A DNA stretch of 64,000 bases from an uncultured Candidatus Saccharibacteria bacterium (lineage in GTDB: Bacteria; Patescibacteriota; Minisyncoccia; Phycocordibacterales; CAYSCM01). Where the stretch lies: the NCBI GenBank assembly GCA_964429815.1, contig CAYSCM010000001.1:384001-448000 (forward strand). Reading direction: 5' to 3'. The notes beneath the pieces are model-generated. The model ran no database searches. It was not told where the DNA came from and worked only from the letters and a program-made list of their open reading frames with translations. The position numbers and the translations under genes were made by a program. This document shows, in pieces, positions 18,774 through 27,856 of the stretch (its first letter is position 1; every line of letters starts with the position of its first letter).

Positions 18774-19427
18774 ATGGTGCCAACCGAGATTATCCTGGCT
18801 AGTGTAAGTTCTCCTTTTGAAATTGGCGCACAAATCGCCGAGATTATTATTGCGGCAGGGACAATTGTGGGGCTCGGGTTTTCGATATGGTTTTCGCGAA
18901 GAACTCTGCAACGATCGGATTGGAATTCAATAATGACTACCGCTCCCAGCATTGCGATCGAGTGTCGTAGTGATGGATTTTGGTTGAATGATAGGCCAAC
19001 TGCCGGAGGTTCTTGGGGAGAGCCCACACGCCATCTCGAACCTTCAGGAAAGTACGTCACCTTCGCGTTGAGATTTAGAATCTCAAATCAGGGGAGGGGT
19101 CTAGCACTTGCTATTAAGCCCGAAGTTTCTTGTAAGGCGAAAGCTTGGGTGGGAGGGATTCAGAATTTCCCTGTTTGGATGGGCACCGACAATGAGGACA
19201 AATCAGATCTTGCTGTTGACATACAGGAAGAGGACTTCAAATGGCTCGAACTGATGAAAAATCCTTTGCATTTGGCGCTGAGCATTAGCTACAAAAATGA
19301 CCAGGGCAACATTGCTTGCACCTCTAGGTGGTCGGCTAACCTGCAACCGTTTACAGTTAATGGAACTCGTCTTGAAATATGCCGGGACCGAATCCAAGAG
19401 CCTAGTATGCAAATTACTTATAGTTGA
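18774..19427 (+). CDS. Hypothetical membrane-anchored protein (island cargo), translationally coupled to the HNH gene
   Basis: 217 aa. N-terminal TM (IAEIIIAAGTIVGLGFSIWF). Its stop TGA overlaps the TTG start of the downstream gene (agTTGA). Confidence 0.5.
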   Translation: MVPTEIILASVSSPFEIGAQIAEIIIAAGTIVGLGFSIWFSRRTLQRSDWNSIMTTAPSIAIECRSDGFWLNDRPTAGGSWGEPTRHLEPSGKYVTFALRFRISNQGRGLALAIKPEVSCKAKAWVGGIQNFPVWMGTDNEDKSDLAVDIQEEDFKWLELMKNPLHLALSISYKNDQGNIACTSRWSANLQPFTVNGTRLEICRDRIQEPSMQITYS

Positions 19428-20107
19428 CTCGAAAAACTGTGAAATTCGAACTCAAAAAAATCAGAAGAAACACCCCAGATGACGAACTTCTTAGTGATCT
19501 GAAAACTACAGCAACAAAGTTAGGACAGCAATTTGTCACGAGGGCTCAGCAGGACCAATTTGGAAAATTTGATAGCTCGAACATGTCGAGGCGACTAGGG
19601 GGATGGGCAAAAGCTCATGAGCGTGCTGGTCTTAGGCTTGCACGTCATCAAAAGAGTCTGAAAGCTTCAGAAAACGAACTATTGCAAAATTTGGAAGAGG
19701 TTTGGACAAGGCTAGGACGACAACCGAATAGTCAGGATATGTTTGCTCCTATCTCACGCTTTGGCGTGAGTGCGTATAAACGCCACTTCGGCAGTTGGAT
19801 GAAAGCTCTCGAGAAGTTTGTTTCGATCGCAAATTTTGAGGGTGCTTTGACAAATGGATCGGATGAGGAGACTGTTGTTTCTGGGTCAAAGCGTAGGACA
19901 AAGCGAGAAGTCAATTGGAAGACGCGCTTTCTTGTAATGCGTCGGGATAATTTCAAATGCAAAAGTTGTGGACGGTCACCGGCTACGGACGCTGGAACTA
20001 TTCTCAATGTGGATCACATAAAGGCCTGGGCGAATGGGGGTGAAACTGTCCTAGACAATCTACAGACCCTATGTGCGGTCTGTAATCTGGGCAAAAGCAA
20101 TCTATAA
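19424..20107 (+). CDS. HNH endonuclease with N-terminal homing-endonuclease-associated repeats
   Basis: C-terminal HNH motif CKSCG...VDHIKAWANGGETVLDNLQTLCAVCNLGK. N-terminal repeats of the FGxxxxxxxRLGGWxxAxxxAGL type. Confidence 0.75.
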   Translation: MTRKTVKFELKKIRRNTPDDELLSDLKTTATKLGQQFVTRAQQDQFGKFDSSNMSRRLGGWAKAHERAGLRLARHQKSLKASENELLQNLEEVWTRLGRQPNSQDMFAPISRFGVSAYKRHFGSWMKALEKFVSIANFEGALTNGSDEETVVSGSKRRTKREVNWKTRFLVMRRDNFKCKSCGRSPATDAGTILNVDHIKAWANGGETVLDNLQTLCAVCNLGKSNL

Positions 20108-20199
20108 GGCATCCGGCGGCAACCCCATTCCTTCCTGTTTCAATATCCAGCGGATTTCCTCGCTCAATAATCACTCCTAGACAATCACACACGTTTTGG

Positions 20200-20517
20200 T
20201 TGTATGTGCTCAGAAGTACATTTGGCCATGCAAGGGAGTGTCTGCTAATGAGCATGAAACCTACCCGCATAACTTTTGAAAATCCAAAATACGGCAAGGT
20301 TGAGTGGACTTTGCCCGAACACGTTGAAACAGCGCTCGCCGCCAATGCTTCATCAAGTGCTGAGATGGAGGAGGCGGTGAAATTCTTAGCACGAACAACA
20401 GCCAAAGTGTTCGGCACGATTGTCTATTGCTTCACTCTAGGCAAATTGCCTGACCTCGACGCTTTCCTTGGTCAATTCGCGGAAAAAGGCGAAGCGAAGC
20501 CACCACCCTCTCACTGA
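20200..20517 (+). CDS. Hypothetical protein (island cargo)
   Basis: 105-aa ORF, with a likely start at ATG 20248 (MSMKPTRITFENPKYGKVEW...). A bidirectional terminator follows. Confidence 0.4.
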   Translation: MYVLRSTFGHARECLLMSMKPTRITFENPKYGKVEWTLPEHVETALAANASSSAEMEEAVKFLARTTAKVFGTIVYCFTLGKLPDLDAFLGQFAEKGEAKPPPSH

Positions 20518-20555
20518 GACTTTCAGGACGTACCCTAGCGGTACGTCCCTTCTTT

Positions 20556-20732
20556 TTAGTCAGACAGCTCCTTACCGTCTCGTCGGATTTCTTCCCGCAC
20601 CCACTCTCGAAGCCTCGCCTTTCTAACGGCTTCCTTTTCCAGTTTTCGCATCTCCTTCTCACTCTTGTCCGGCCAGTCAATTTTCACACCCTGGCGAGCG
20701 CAAACACGTTTGATAAGATGAAAGCGCTCCAT
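20556..20732 (-). CDS. Small basic protein (58 aa, possible DNA-binding)
   Basis: The 133-aa track ORF reads through the attR repeat. Only the C-terminal part from MERFHLIKRVCARQGVKIDWPDKSEKEMRKLEKEAVRKARLREWVREEIRRDGKELSD (Met codon at 20730-20732) is plausible. A truncated paralog (MERLECIKEICLLHGVEIGHTG*) with a conserved upstream leader lies at about 18480-18546. Confidence 0.4.
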   Translation of the reverse strand: MERFHLIKRVCARQGVKIDWPDKSEKEMRKLEKEAVRKARLREWVREEIRRDGKELSD

Positions 20733-21025
20733 GAACGATGGCTCGCGTAGCCATAGCCGGGTTCGAACGTCGTTCAGGCCTGCCCGCAACGGTTTGTAAG
20801 AATGCTCCGGTGGAGCATTCACGCAAAGCGTCGGATTTGTCGTGAGGTGGGATTCGAAAGGCGGAGCCCGACAAACGCAAAGCGTTTGTTTCGGGCGAGC
20901 CCGGGCAGGAGCCACTTTCCGCCGGAGGCGGATTAGTGAGCTGACGCCGAATCCCACCCTCTCCGCAGAAAGAAACTTCCGATTCGGACAGACCCGAGTA
21001 CTTCGGGAGTTAGTATAATGAATGT

Positions 21026-21331
21026 ATGAGGAGATATGTTTCCGGTGGCGTTGCGCATAAGCTACCGGCAGATTTACGGAGGGCTCTATCGTCTGATTCT
21101 AAAGCTCTGGCGGCTTGGGAAGATGTTACGCCACTTTCCCGCAACGAGTGGATTTGTTGGACTGTCTCCGTTAAAACTCCCAAGAAGAGGAGGGAGCATG
21201 TCGACAGGGTCATATCGGAACTAAAGGAAGGGATGCGACGCCCTTGCTGTTGGTACGGCTGCGTTCACCGGAAGGATAAGCCGCTAAACCCTTCGCAGAA
21301 GCTTGTACTCAGTAGAAAAGCGAGAAAATGA
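21026..21331 (+). CDS. YdeI/OmpD-associated family protein (DUF1801-like)
   Basis: LPADLRRALSSDSKALAAWEDVTPLSRNEWICWTVSVKTPKKRREHVDRVISELKEG matches the conserved pattern of that family. Confidence 0.5.
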   Translation: MRRYVSGGVAHKLPADLRRALSSDSKALAAWEDVTPLSRNEWICWTVSVKTPKKRREHVDRVISELKEGMRRPCCWYGCVHRKDKPLNPSQKLVLSRKARK

Positions 21332-21630
21332 GACGCGTCCACAAGAAACGCTGGATTGTCTTATTTGTCTTATTTCCAAAAATTACCCCAGCGACCCGAG
21401 AGCCTCAACAAATTGCCTTCGAAAGCGCTAGAATATCCTTATGGGGATTGACTGAGGTTCTCTGAATCCCGAGTGGTCCGCCCCCAGATTGGCAGCCTAG
21501 AATCGCGGGAAAATGAGGAGATTTTTGGTAAAATAAAGACAGGTTTTCGAAGCATAGCGGTCTTGCCTTATTTTATTCACAAAATTCACAGAAGATTTCC
21601 CCGGCTGCAGTGCCATAATTTACCCATATC

Positions 21631-22704
21631 ATGAATCGACGCGTCTTTTTTGCAGTCTTGATTATTACCGTCGGATTTATCGTAGTTCTCGCACAGTATT
21701 CAACGGGCTATCACACGAAGTATCACAACAGTCTCGCCGCGTCACTCCTCGCTGCAGTAGGCGTTCAGGATACAGCCTCATCATCGGACAACGGCGCTCC
21801 TACAGCTTCAACGACCCCCACCGTTTTGGACGTCCTCCGACAGCTCCAAGAGCAGCAACAGTATCTGGCGGATCAGGTTGCAAGGTTAGGTGCGCGGATG
21901 GGAGCTGCTGATCTGAGAGCGATGTTCACACGCACCCTCAAGCATGGCGATTCAGGCAGCGATGTGAGCGAATTGCAAACCCTCCTCGCCCGAACCCTGG
22001 GGAGTGCTTCGAGTTCTGTCACAGGATTCTACGGCCCCTTGACGGATAAAGCCGTTCGGCATTTTCAATCCCAGGTAGGAATGAAGGAGACAGGAGTCTT
22101 TGATTCTGGGTTACGGGACAAGCTTTTAGAGTCGATACAGGAGCAAGACGCCCAGGATGCCGTGCTATCGGATGCTGTCCCAATTGACCTATCGTCCATT
22201 GCCGACCTAGAACTTAGCATGCAAGACCTGCAGGGCCGCATAGCTCAACTCTCCTCGCAATTATCGGATACCCAAACGGCGGTCGGAGATTTGACGGGAC
22301 AGATTTCCCAACTCGAATCTCGGGTCTCGAATTTGGAAGAAAGCAACACGGCGGCGGCTTTACAGGCGGCGAGCAGCCCGCCCACCACGAGCCCGCCCGC
22401 CACAGGTTCATCCGTACAAACGCTTTCTATCACGAATGTGCAGGCGACCAACATCAGCAAAAATTCCGCCACGATCACCTGGGTAACCAACAGTTCAGCA
22501 ACCAGTGAAGTCGACTACTCACAAAACTCCAGTATGCCGACAAACCAAACGCAAATCGCAAGCACTAGCGCGCTGGTGACAAGTCATAGCATAACGATTA
22601 CATCGCTCAATGCTGGCTCAACGTACTATTACAACGTCACCTCCAAGGGGAGCACAGGCACCGTTGTGCACAGTAGCAATGCGACATTTCAAACAGCGCA
22701 CTGA
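21631..22704 (+). CDS. Secreted/membrane-anchored protein with peptidoglycan-binding domain, coiled-coil and C-terminal Fn3-like domain
   Basis: N-terminal TM. PG_binding_1-like segment (LKHGDSGSDVSELQTLLARTL...GFYGPLTDKAVRHFQSQVGMKETGVFD). Fn3/PKD-like segment ITWVTNSSATSEVDY. Confidence 0.55.
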   Translation: MNRRVFFAVLIITVGFIVVLAQYSTGYHTKYHNSLAASLLAAVGVQDTASSSDNGAPTASTTPTVLDVLRQLQEQQQYLADQVARLGARMGAADLRAMFTRTLKHGDSGSDVSELQTLLARTLGSASSSVTGFYGPLTDKAVRHFQSQVGMKETGVFDSGLRDKLLESIQEQDAQDAVLSDAVPIDLSSIADLELSMQDLQGRIAQLSSQLSDTQTAVGDLTGQISQLESRVSNLEESNTAAALQAASSPPTTSPPATGSSVQTLSITNVQATNISKNSATITWVTNSSATSEVDYSQNSSMPTNQTQIASTSALVTSHSITITSLNAGSTYYYNVTSKGSTGTVVHSSNATFQTAH

Positions 22705-22753
22705 GCTAGTCTTCGGTCCGGCCCCCTAGCTGGCCGGGAAGCCCCAGGCTCGT

Positions 22754-23608
22754 TCAGCGCGTGAGTTCTTTCACGAAGTCGTTGAGATCGTCGCTCACGA
22801 GGATCCCATACAGTCGCAGGGGGTTGTCTTGGTACACCCCCTTGTAGGTCGTCCGCGCCGTCGTGTAGCCGGCCGCTTTGAGGATTGCGATGATAGCCGG
22901 ATTGCTATAGCCGAATGGGGATGCAAAGTGGGTGACGGGCTTGCCGAGCTCGCGCTCGATTATTTTTTTACTCTCGGTAACCTCGACGGTGACCTTGTCG
23001 AGCGGGAGCGTCTTAAAGTACGGATGGGAAAGCGTATGATCGCCGATGGTCATGCCCGCCGCGTCCATGTCCTTGAGCTCTCCCCAGGTCAGGAAGTGCC
23101 TCTTTCCGATGGAGTTCGTGTAGATGAAGAATGTCGCCGTAGCGCCGTATTTCTTAAGAAGAGGGAAGGCGTACGCGTACTGATTGTGCCAGCCGTCGTC
23201 GAAGGTGAGCACGACTGGTTTTGTGGCGGGCGGTAGAGCCCCATGTTTCATATCCATTGCCAGCTCGTCCAACGTGATGGTCGTATATCCATTGTCGTGC
23301 AGGTACTTCAGCTGCTGCTCGAACAACTCCGGCGTAATATCGTACTGGTTCTGTATTTTTGATTCGCCCGCATAGTACGGTCGAACGCTATGGTAAATGA
23401 AGATGGGAATTTTAAGTGCGCCAGGTCCCGGCGCTTCCTCGGGCAAATTTTGGAATTGCGATTCGATCGCCGCCGCCGACTGCAGTTCAGGAGGAATCGA
23501 GGCGAAAACATAACCAAACTGGAGAACATTTTGGCCAACGACAAAAAACACTACTACAGCAGAGAATACTGCGCCCGCAGCTACTAACCAAGGATAGCGT
23601 CGCATCAC
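22754..23608 (-). CDS. Polysaccharide deacetylase (NodB-homology domain)
   Basis: VVLTFDDGWHNQY...TIGDHTLSHP motifs, with an N-terminal TM anchor. Confidence 0.75.
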   Translation of the reverse strand: MMRRYPWLVAAGAVFSAVVVFFVVGQNVLQFGYVFASIPPELQSAAAIESQFQNLPEEAPGPGALKIPIFIYHSVRPYYAGESKIQNQYDITPELFEQQLKYLHDNGYTTITLDELAMDMKHGALPPATKPVVLTFDDGWHNQYAYAFPLLKKYGATATFFIYTNSIGKRHFLTWGELKDMDAAGMTIGDHTLSHPYFKTLPLDKVTVEVTESKKIIERELGKPVTHFASPFGYSNPAIIAILKAAGYTTARTTYKGVYQDNPLRLYGILVSDDLNDFVKELTR

Positions 23609-23651
23609 CGAAGTATAACGCTTTCTGAGAGAAAGTGCCGTTTCACCTTAC

Positions 23652-24092
23652 TTAGTGGGCGCTTGTCGAAGTGGCATGATGCTCCATAGCCACGGGAGGC
23701 AGAGAGATGTCGCGGACGATCTGTGCCGCGATACTCGTTCCCGTTATCAGGCCGTACACGCGTACCTTGTCTCCAACTTTGATATCGGAGAGGGTGATTT
23801 TGTGCCATGTTCTATTGACAATGCGCGTAGAGGCGCTCGTCGTAACGGCATAGTTGGTATCACGAACAGTGAGCACAAAAGACCCCGATCCGATTTCCTT
23901 GATTGTCCCTTGGAGCGTTCTCTTTAATTTTGCCGCTGGCTTGCCGTGCTCCTCCGTGCGAACGCCCCCGGTTTTGCTCGTCGAAGTGGCAGCACTTGTC
24001 GTGGCATGTGAGTCCGGTCCCATGGCAAGTGCCGGAACCGCAAAGCCGAGGACAAGGAGAGTCGCGAGGCTCTTAGATACGAGATGTTTCAT
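23652..24092 (-). CDS. Hypothetical secreted protein
   Basis: Signal peptide MKHLVSKSLATLLVLGFAVPALA, followed by a Thr/Ser-rich linker and a beta-rich domain. Confidence 0.45.
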   Translation of the reverse strand: MKHLVSKSLATLLVLGFAVPALAMGPDSHATTSAATSTSKTGGVRTEEHGKPAAKLKRTLQGTIKEIGSGSFVLTVRDTNYAVTTSASTRIVNRTWHKITLSDIKVGDKVRVYGLITGTSIAAQIVRDISLPPVAMEHHATSTSAH

Positions 24093-24304
24093 ATGGTGCT
24101 ACTAGCTGTGGTCTATTGGTATTGATAATAGTTAATGGTACCACATCTACACTAAGCGCAAGGCTAGCCTGCGGGGACAGGACGGAATGAGGCAGCCCCC
24201 CTCCTTCGCAACTACTAAAGGGTGCTTCGGTGCGGCTCTAGCCAAAAGCCAAAATGTGCCGATTCCGCTTTAATTCGGGGGCGTTTACGTGATTTACTAG
24301 GGCT

Positions 24305-24772
24305 ATGTATCGGCGCTTAGCCCTCATGGCCGTCCTCTCGTTTAGTGCCATGTACCTCCTTATGTATATGATGGTCGACTCCTATGCGAACGTATTTCCG
24401 AACCTCAACGAGTTTTATATGGCGGCCATGATGACCTCACCTATGATCCTCATCGAGCTTTGGCTTATGGGCCGTATGTATGCCGACAAACGACTAAGCA
24501 GGGTAATAGGCTTCCTAAGCATAGCTCTCTTCGTCGCCAGCATAGTTCTCTTGCGGAACCAGATCGGCATCTCCGACCAAGAATTTGTGCGCTCCATGAT
24601 TCCTCATCATGCCGCGGCCCTTCTCATGTGCGAACGTTCAAAGCTTACTGACCAAGAACTTAAAACTCTGTGCCGCAATATCGTGGCAAATCAACAGGCG
24701 GAGATCTTGGAGATGAAGGCGGTTCTTGAGCGACTGCAGAAGAAGTCTACAGAGTCGTGGGCTAATTTGTGA
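24305..24772 (+). CDS. DUF305-family protein (membrane-anchored)
   Basis: MIPHHAAALLMCE motif typical of DUF305. Two N-terminal TM helices. Confidence 0.6.
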   Translation: MYRRLALMAVLSFSAMYLLMYMMVDSYANVFPNLNEFYMAAMMTSPMILIELWLMGRMYADKRLSRVIGFLSIALFVASIVLLRNQIGISDQEFVRSMIPHHAAALLMCERSKLTDQELKTLCRNIVANQQAEILEMKAVLERLQKKSTESWANL

Positions 24773-24950
24773 GGGCGTGTGCGTTTTGGGAGCGCCGCGT
24801 CACAGCTTGTATAGAAGGGCCGAAGTAGCCGGTGACGAAGCCTTCGGGGAGGACGGACGGATTTAGAGCGAGGGTGGTATACCTGATACAGCGCATTGCC
24901 ACATGCACGGATTTTCATTAGGCTGACGGAGAAACAGAGAAAGGAGGGCG

Positions 24951-25172
24951 TTGATGGACGACCAAGAGTATTTCGTCTACGTCGAAGAGGCGGCGAAGCT
25001 CCTCGGACATTCGCCGATCCCTCGGGAGTTCATTAGTGAAGCCCTCCGACGCATTCGACAGGGGAACATGACCGTCGAATACTATCCCGCCTCCGCGTAC
25101 CCGCTCATCCGCGAGGTCCTCACTGCGGCGCGGCGTCTCGAGCGCGCGCGAGCCATCCATGAGGGATGCTGA
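24951..25172 (+). CDS. Hypothetical small protein
   Basis: 73-aa ORF followed by a terminator hairpin (ggccgcccagtaataatctgggcggcc). Confidence 0.35.
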   Translation: MMDDQEYFVYVEEAAKLLGHSPIPREFISEALRRIRQGNMTVEYYPASAYPLIREVLTAARRLERARAIHEGC

Positions 25173-25270
25173 TGCGTTTCTATCTTCGGATTCGGGCCGC
25201 CCAGTAATAATCTGGGCGGCCCTTTTGTATGGAACGAAGGAGTGGTATCGTAGGGGCTCCTTAGATTCCC

Positions 25271-25774
25271 ATGAGCTTTCTCAAACGGGTTTCTCTCTAC
25301 ATCTCTATCAGTATCATGTACGTAGCGCATGTCGCGCGGCACACCTATCTTAGGATTTTCCATCGGCAAAAATTCGCACATGGCGTGCGTGTTATCCTGA
25401 TCCACACGGGACGTGTGGTGCTTGTGCGACACTGGTATGCACCGGGTGTCTGGACGCTCCCCGGAGGGGGCATTCAAGGAACCGAGACGGCGGAAGACGC
25501 AGGACGTCGCGAGGCGTTTGAAGAGACGGGCCTTACCGTCGATTCCTGGGGAGGGGAGGTAGGCACCTACAGAGGCGTGCTTGGCTCTCGTGATACAGTG
25601 ACCGTGTTTTTCTCCGAAGACGTGCAGGGAAGCATGAAGCTTCTGCCAAGCTTTGAGATCATGGAGCGTGGATTTTTCGACCTCACGCATTTGCCCGGTA
25701 CTATTTCTCCGGCGAACCGACGTCGGATCGAAGCGTATCAACGTGGTGTGCGCAATGAACGGGGAACATGGTGA
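25271..25774 (+). CDS. NUDIX hydrolase
   Basis: Nudix box GGGIQGTETAEDAGRREAFEETG. The true start may be downstream (MYVAHV...). Confidence 0.7.
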   Translation: MSFLKRVSLYISISIMYVAHVARHTYLRIFHRQKFAHGVRVILIHTGRVVLVRHWYAPGVWTLPGGGIQGTETAEDAGRREAFEETGLTVDSWGGEVGTYRGVLGSRDTVTVFFSEDVQGSMKLLPSFEIMERGFFDLTHLPGTISPANRRRIEAYQRGVRNERGTW

Positions 25775-25775
25775 T

Positions 25776-26390
25776 ATGAAACGAAGGACGTCTACTGTGG
25801 GCATCGCCCTTCAGCATCTGAAACGCGACCGGCGACTCGCAAAAATCATAGCCAGGGTGGGCAAGCCTGAACTTCGGCACACAAAAAATTCCTACGAGGC
25901 GCTCGTGCGGGCCATCATATACCAGCAAATTTCGGGAAAAGCCGCGGCTTCTATTCTCGCGAAATTTCTTGCTACCGTGCCGCACCGCACCTATCCTACA
26001 GCGCAGCAGGTTCTTAAGGTGCCGATGCGCAAGCTCCGTGCCGCCGGTCTCTCGAGACAAAAAGCGCTCTATATTCGCGACCTCTCCGCGAAATTCGCAA
26101 GCGGCTACATCGCGCCGCACCATTTTCCGCACATGAGCGACGAGGATATCCGAGAGCACCTCATTGCCGTGAAGGGAATCGGGCGCTGGAGCGCCGACAT
26201 GTTCCTTATGTTCTCACTCAACCGTCTCGATGTGCTCCCGACCGGCGATCTCGGCATCCAACGCGGCATGAAGATCCTTTTTAATTTGCGGGTGATGCCT
26301 AAGCCTGCGCGAATGGAAGAGCTCGCCGCAGCGTGGAAACCATATCGTACGCTAGCGTGTTGGTATCTGTGGAGAATGCAGGATACTTAA
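25776..26390 (+). CDS. DNA-3-methyladenine glycosylase II / HhH-GPD family base-excision glycosylase
   Basis: HhH-GPD motif LIAVKGIGRWSADMFLMFSLNRLDVLPTGDLGIQRG. Alternative start at 25755. Confidence 0.75.
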   Translation: MKRRTSTVGIALQHLKRDRRLAKIIARVGKPELRHTKNSYEALVRAIIYQQISGKAAASILAKFLATVPHRTYPTAQQVLKVPMRKLRAAGLSRQKALYIRDLSAKFASGYIAPHHFPHMSDEDIREHLIAVKGIGRWSADMFLMFSLNRLDVLPTGDLGIQRGMKILFNLRVMPKPARMEELAAAWKPYRTLACWYLWRMQDT

Positions 26391-26464
26391 GACACCTGGC
26401 GCGCAGTTGCGCGAGACAGCGTTTATCGGCATGCTAGATCACGGATTTCATAAGGAGCCAACCC

Positions 26465-26743
26465 ATGCTCCTCACGGAGCTCTTTGTACGAAAGGTGCGG
26501 CCCAAGAAGAAGCGCGAAGCGAAAGAGCATGCGCTCCGCAGCCTCACGAAAGCACTCTCGTGGCGTATCCTCGGGACCCTTGATACCTTCGTTCTCGCAT
26601 GGCTTATCACCGGAAGCGCAAAAACCGGCGCCGCCATCGGCGCCGTCGAGCTTTTCACGAAGATTTTTCTCTTTTACGTGCACGAGCGCGCCTGGGCTCA
26701 CGTGAGCTGGGGCCGCCCGAAACTGAAAAATCCGCCTCCCTAG
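26465..26743 (+). CDS. Small membrane protein (DUF2061-like)
   Basis: 92 aa with two TM helices and a basic N-terminus. Confidence 0.4.
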   Translation: MLLTELFVRKVRPKKKREAKEHALRSLTKALSWRILGTLDTFVLAWLITGSAKTGAAIGAVELFTKIFLFYVHERAWAHVSWGRPKLKNPPP

Positions 26744-26755
26744 GCGGATTTTCCT

Positions 26756-27679
26756 TTACCGCGCTCGAAGCTCCATGTAAATATCCTCGAGCGCTTTCAC
26801 CGCATCACCTGCCGCGATGTTGTTCTGGTGGTAGAGCTCGTTGGTGCAATCGCCCGCAGCCCACACGAAGGATGTTTTAGTTTTCTGGTTCTTGGGGTCG
26901 ACGATGACGCGTCCGACCGTATCGAGCTCCACGAGGTCTTTCACGAACTCGGTATTAGGAATGAGCCCTATCTCGACGAAAATGCCGTTGACGGAAAGCT
27001 CTTTCGTCTCGCCACTTTCTTTGTCTTTGTAGGAAAGTCCGGTCACGAAGCCGTCGCCCTTTACAGCGAGAATCTCGGCGTTTTTTATGCCGGTCATCTT
27101 GGGATGTGCCAATACTTTCTCGACGGTAACGGGATCGGCTCGATAATCGCTGCCGTGTGTGAGGAGCGTCACGCTCTTGCAGTAGGCAAGGAGCTGTGCG
27201 GCTGTTTCAAACCCTGCGTTGCCGCCGCCGATGACCACGACATCCATATCCGCAAAAAGCGGCCCGTCGCAGGAGGCGCAGTAGGTGAGGCCCTTGTTGT
27301 CGAACTCGGCTGCGCCCGGGACGTCGAGCTTGCGGCGGTGTGCACCCGAAGCGATAAGGAGAGCCTTCGCCTCAAAGGAGGTGCCGTCCTTAGTGGTCAC
27401 GCGGAAGCCGCCGTCTATCGTTTCGGCCTGCACCGCACGGTCGGGGGAGACTATCTTAAGACAGTCGCTCTGGTAGGCGCGCAGGTGCGCCTCGAGGGAT
27501 TTCGCGAGGTCTGGCCCCGAGATTTTCACCGTCCCTACCCAGTTTTCGATGCCGAAGGATTCAATGCTCTGTCCGCCGAAAGCCTCCGTGATGAGGACGG
27601 TATCGAGGCGTTTGCGGCACGCATAGACGCCGCCGGCGACACCCGCCGGTCCCCCGCCGACGATGATGAGGTCATGCAT
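26756..27679 (-). CDS. trxB: Thioredoxin-disulfide reductase
   Basis: FAD motif IIVGGGPAG, redox-active CASCDG, NAD(P)H motif VVVIGGGNAG. 307 aa. Confidence 0.85.
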   Translation of the reverse strand: MHDLIIVGGGPAGVAGGVYACRKRLDTVLITEAFGGQSIESFGIENWVGTVKISGPDLAKSLEAHLRAYQSDCLKIVSPDRAVQAETIDGGFRVTTKDGTSFEAKALLIASGAHRRKLDVPGAAEFDNKGLTYCASCDGPLFADMDVVVIGGGNAGFETAAQLLAYCKSVTLLTHGSDYRADPVTVEKVLAHPKMTGIKNAEILAVKGDGFVTGLSYKDKESGETKELSVNGIFVEIGLIPNTEFVKDLVELDTVGRVIVDPKNQKTKTSFVWAAGDCTNELYHQNNIAAGDAVKALEDIYMELRAR

Positions 27680-27856
27680 GCGAGAGAGTATAGCGCACCG
27701 TCCGACAAACGCGAAAAAACCACCCCTGCGGGCAGCTCTCGCATTTGCACTTCTTTATCCTTGTCACCTTTCAAACACCTTGCGCAGCCGTCGCGACGGC
27801 GAGCAAAGCAGATTTTGCTCCAGCAAAATACGCGTGTATTTTACATGTGAAAAAAA

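Larger units (their letters stand above)
17665..20947. mobile_element. Lower-GC genomic island (~3.3 kb) integrated at the 3' end of tRNA-Ser(GCT), with no integrase
   Basis: 20-bp direct repeat cgaatcccaccctctccgca at 17645-17664 (tRNA 3' end) and 20948-20967. The interior is visibly AT-richer (about 45 % GC) than the flanks (about 60 %) and encodes only hypothetical proteins plus an HNH endonuclease. Confidence 0.75.

Noticed and set aside
20733-20957. N-terminal 75 aa of the 133-aa minus-strand ORF 20556-20957
   Set aside because: This part reads through the island attR repeat and the inverted tRNA fragment, and is low-complexity. Only the C-terminal 58-aa segment is supported by a second, paralogous copy.
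26828-27850. 340-aa plus-strand ORF antisense to trxB, and similar long antisense ORFs opposite ftsZ, ftsA, gyrA, infB and clpB
   Set aside because: They are mirror frames of strongly supported conserved genes and lack any motif. This is GC-rich antisense read-through.
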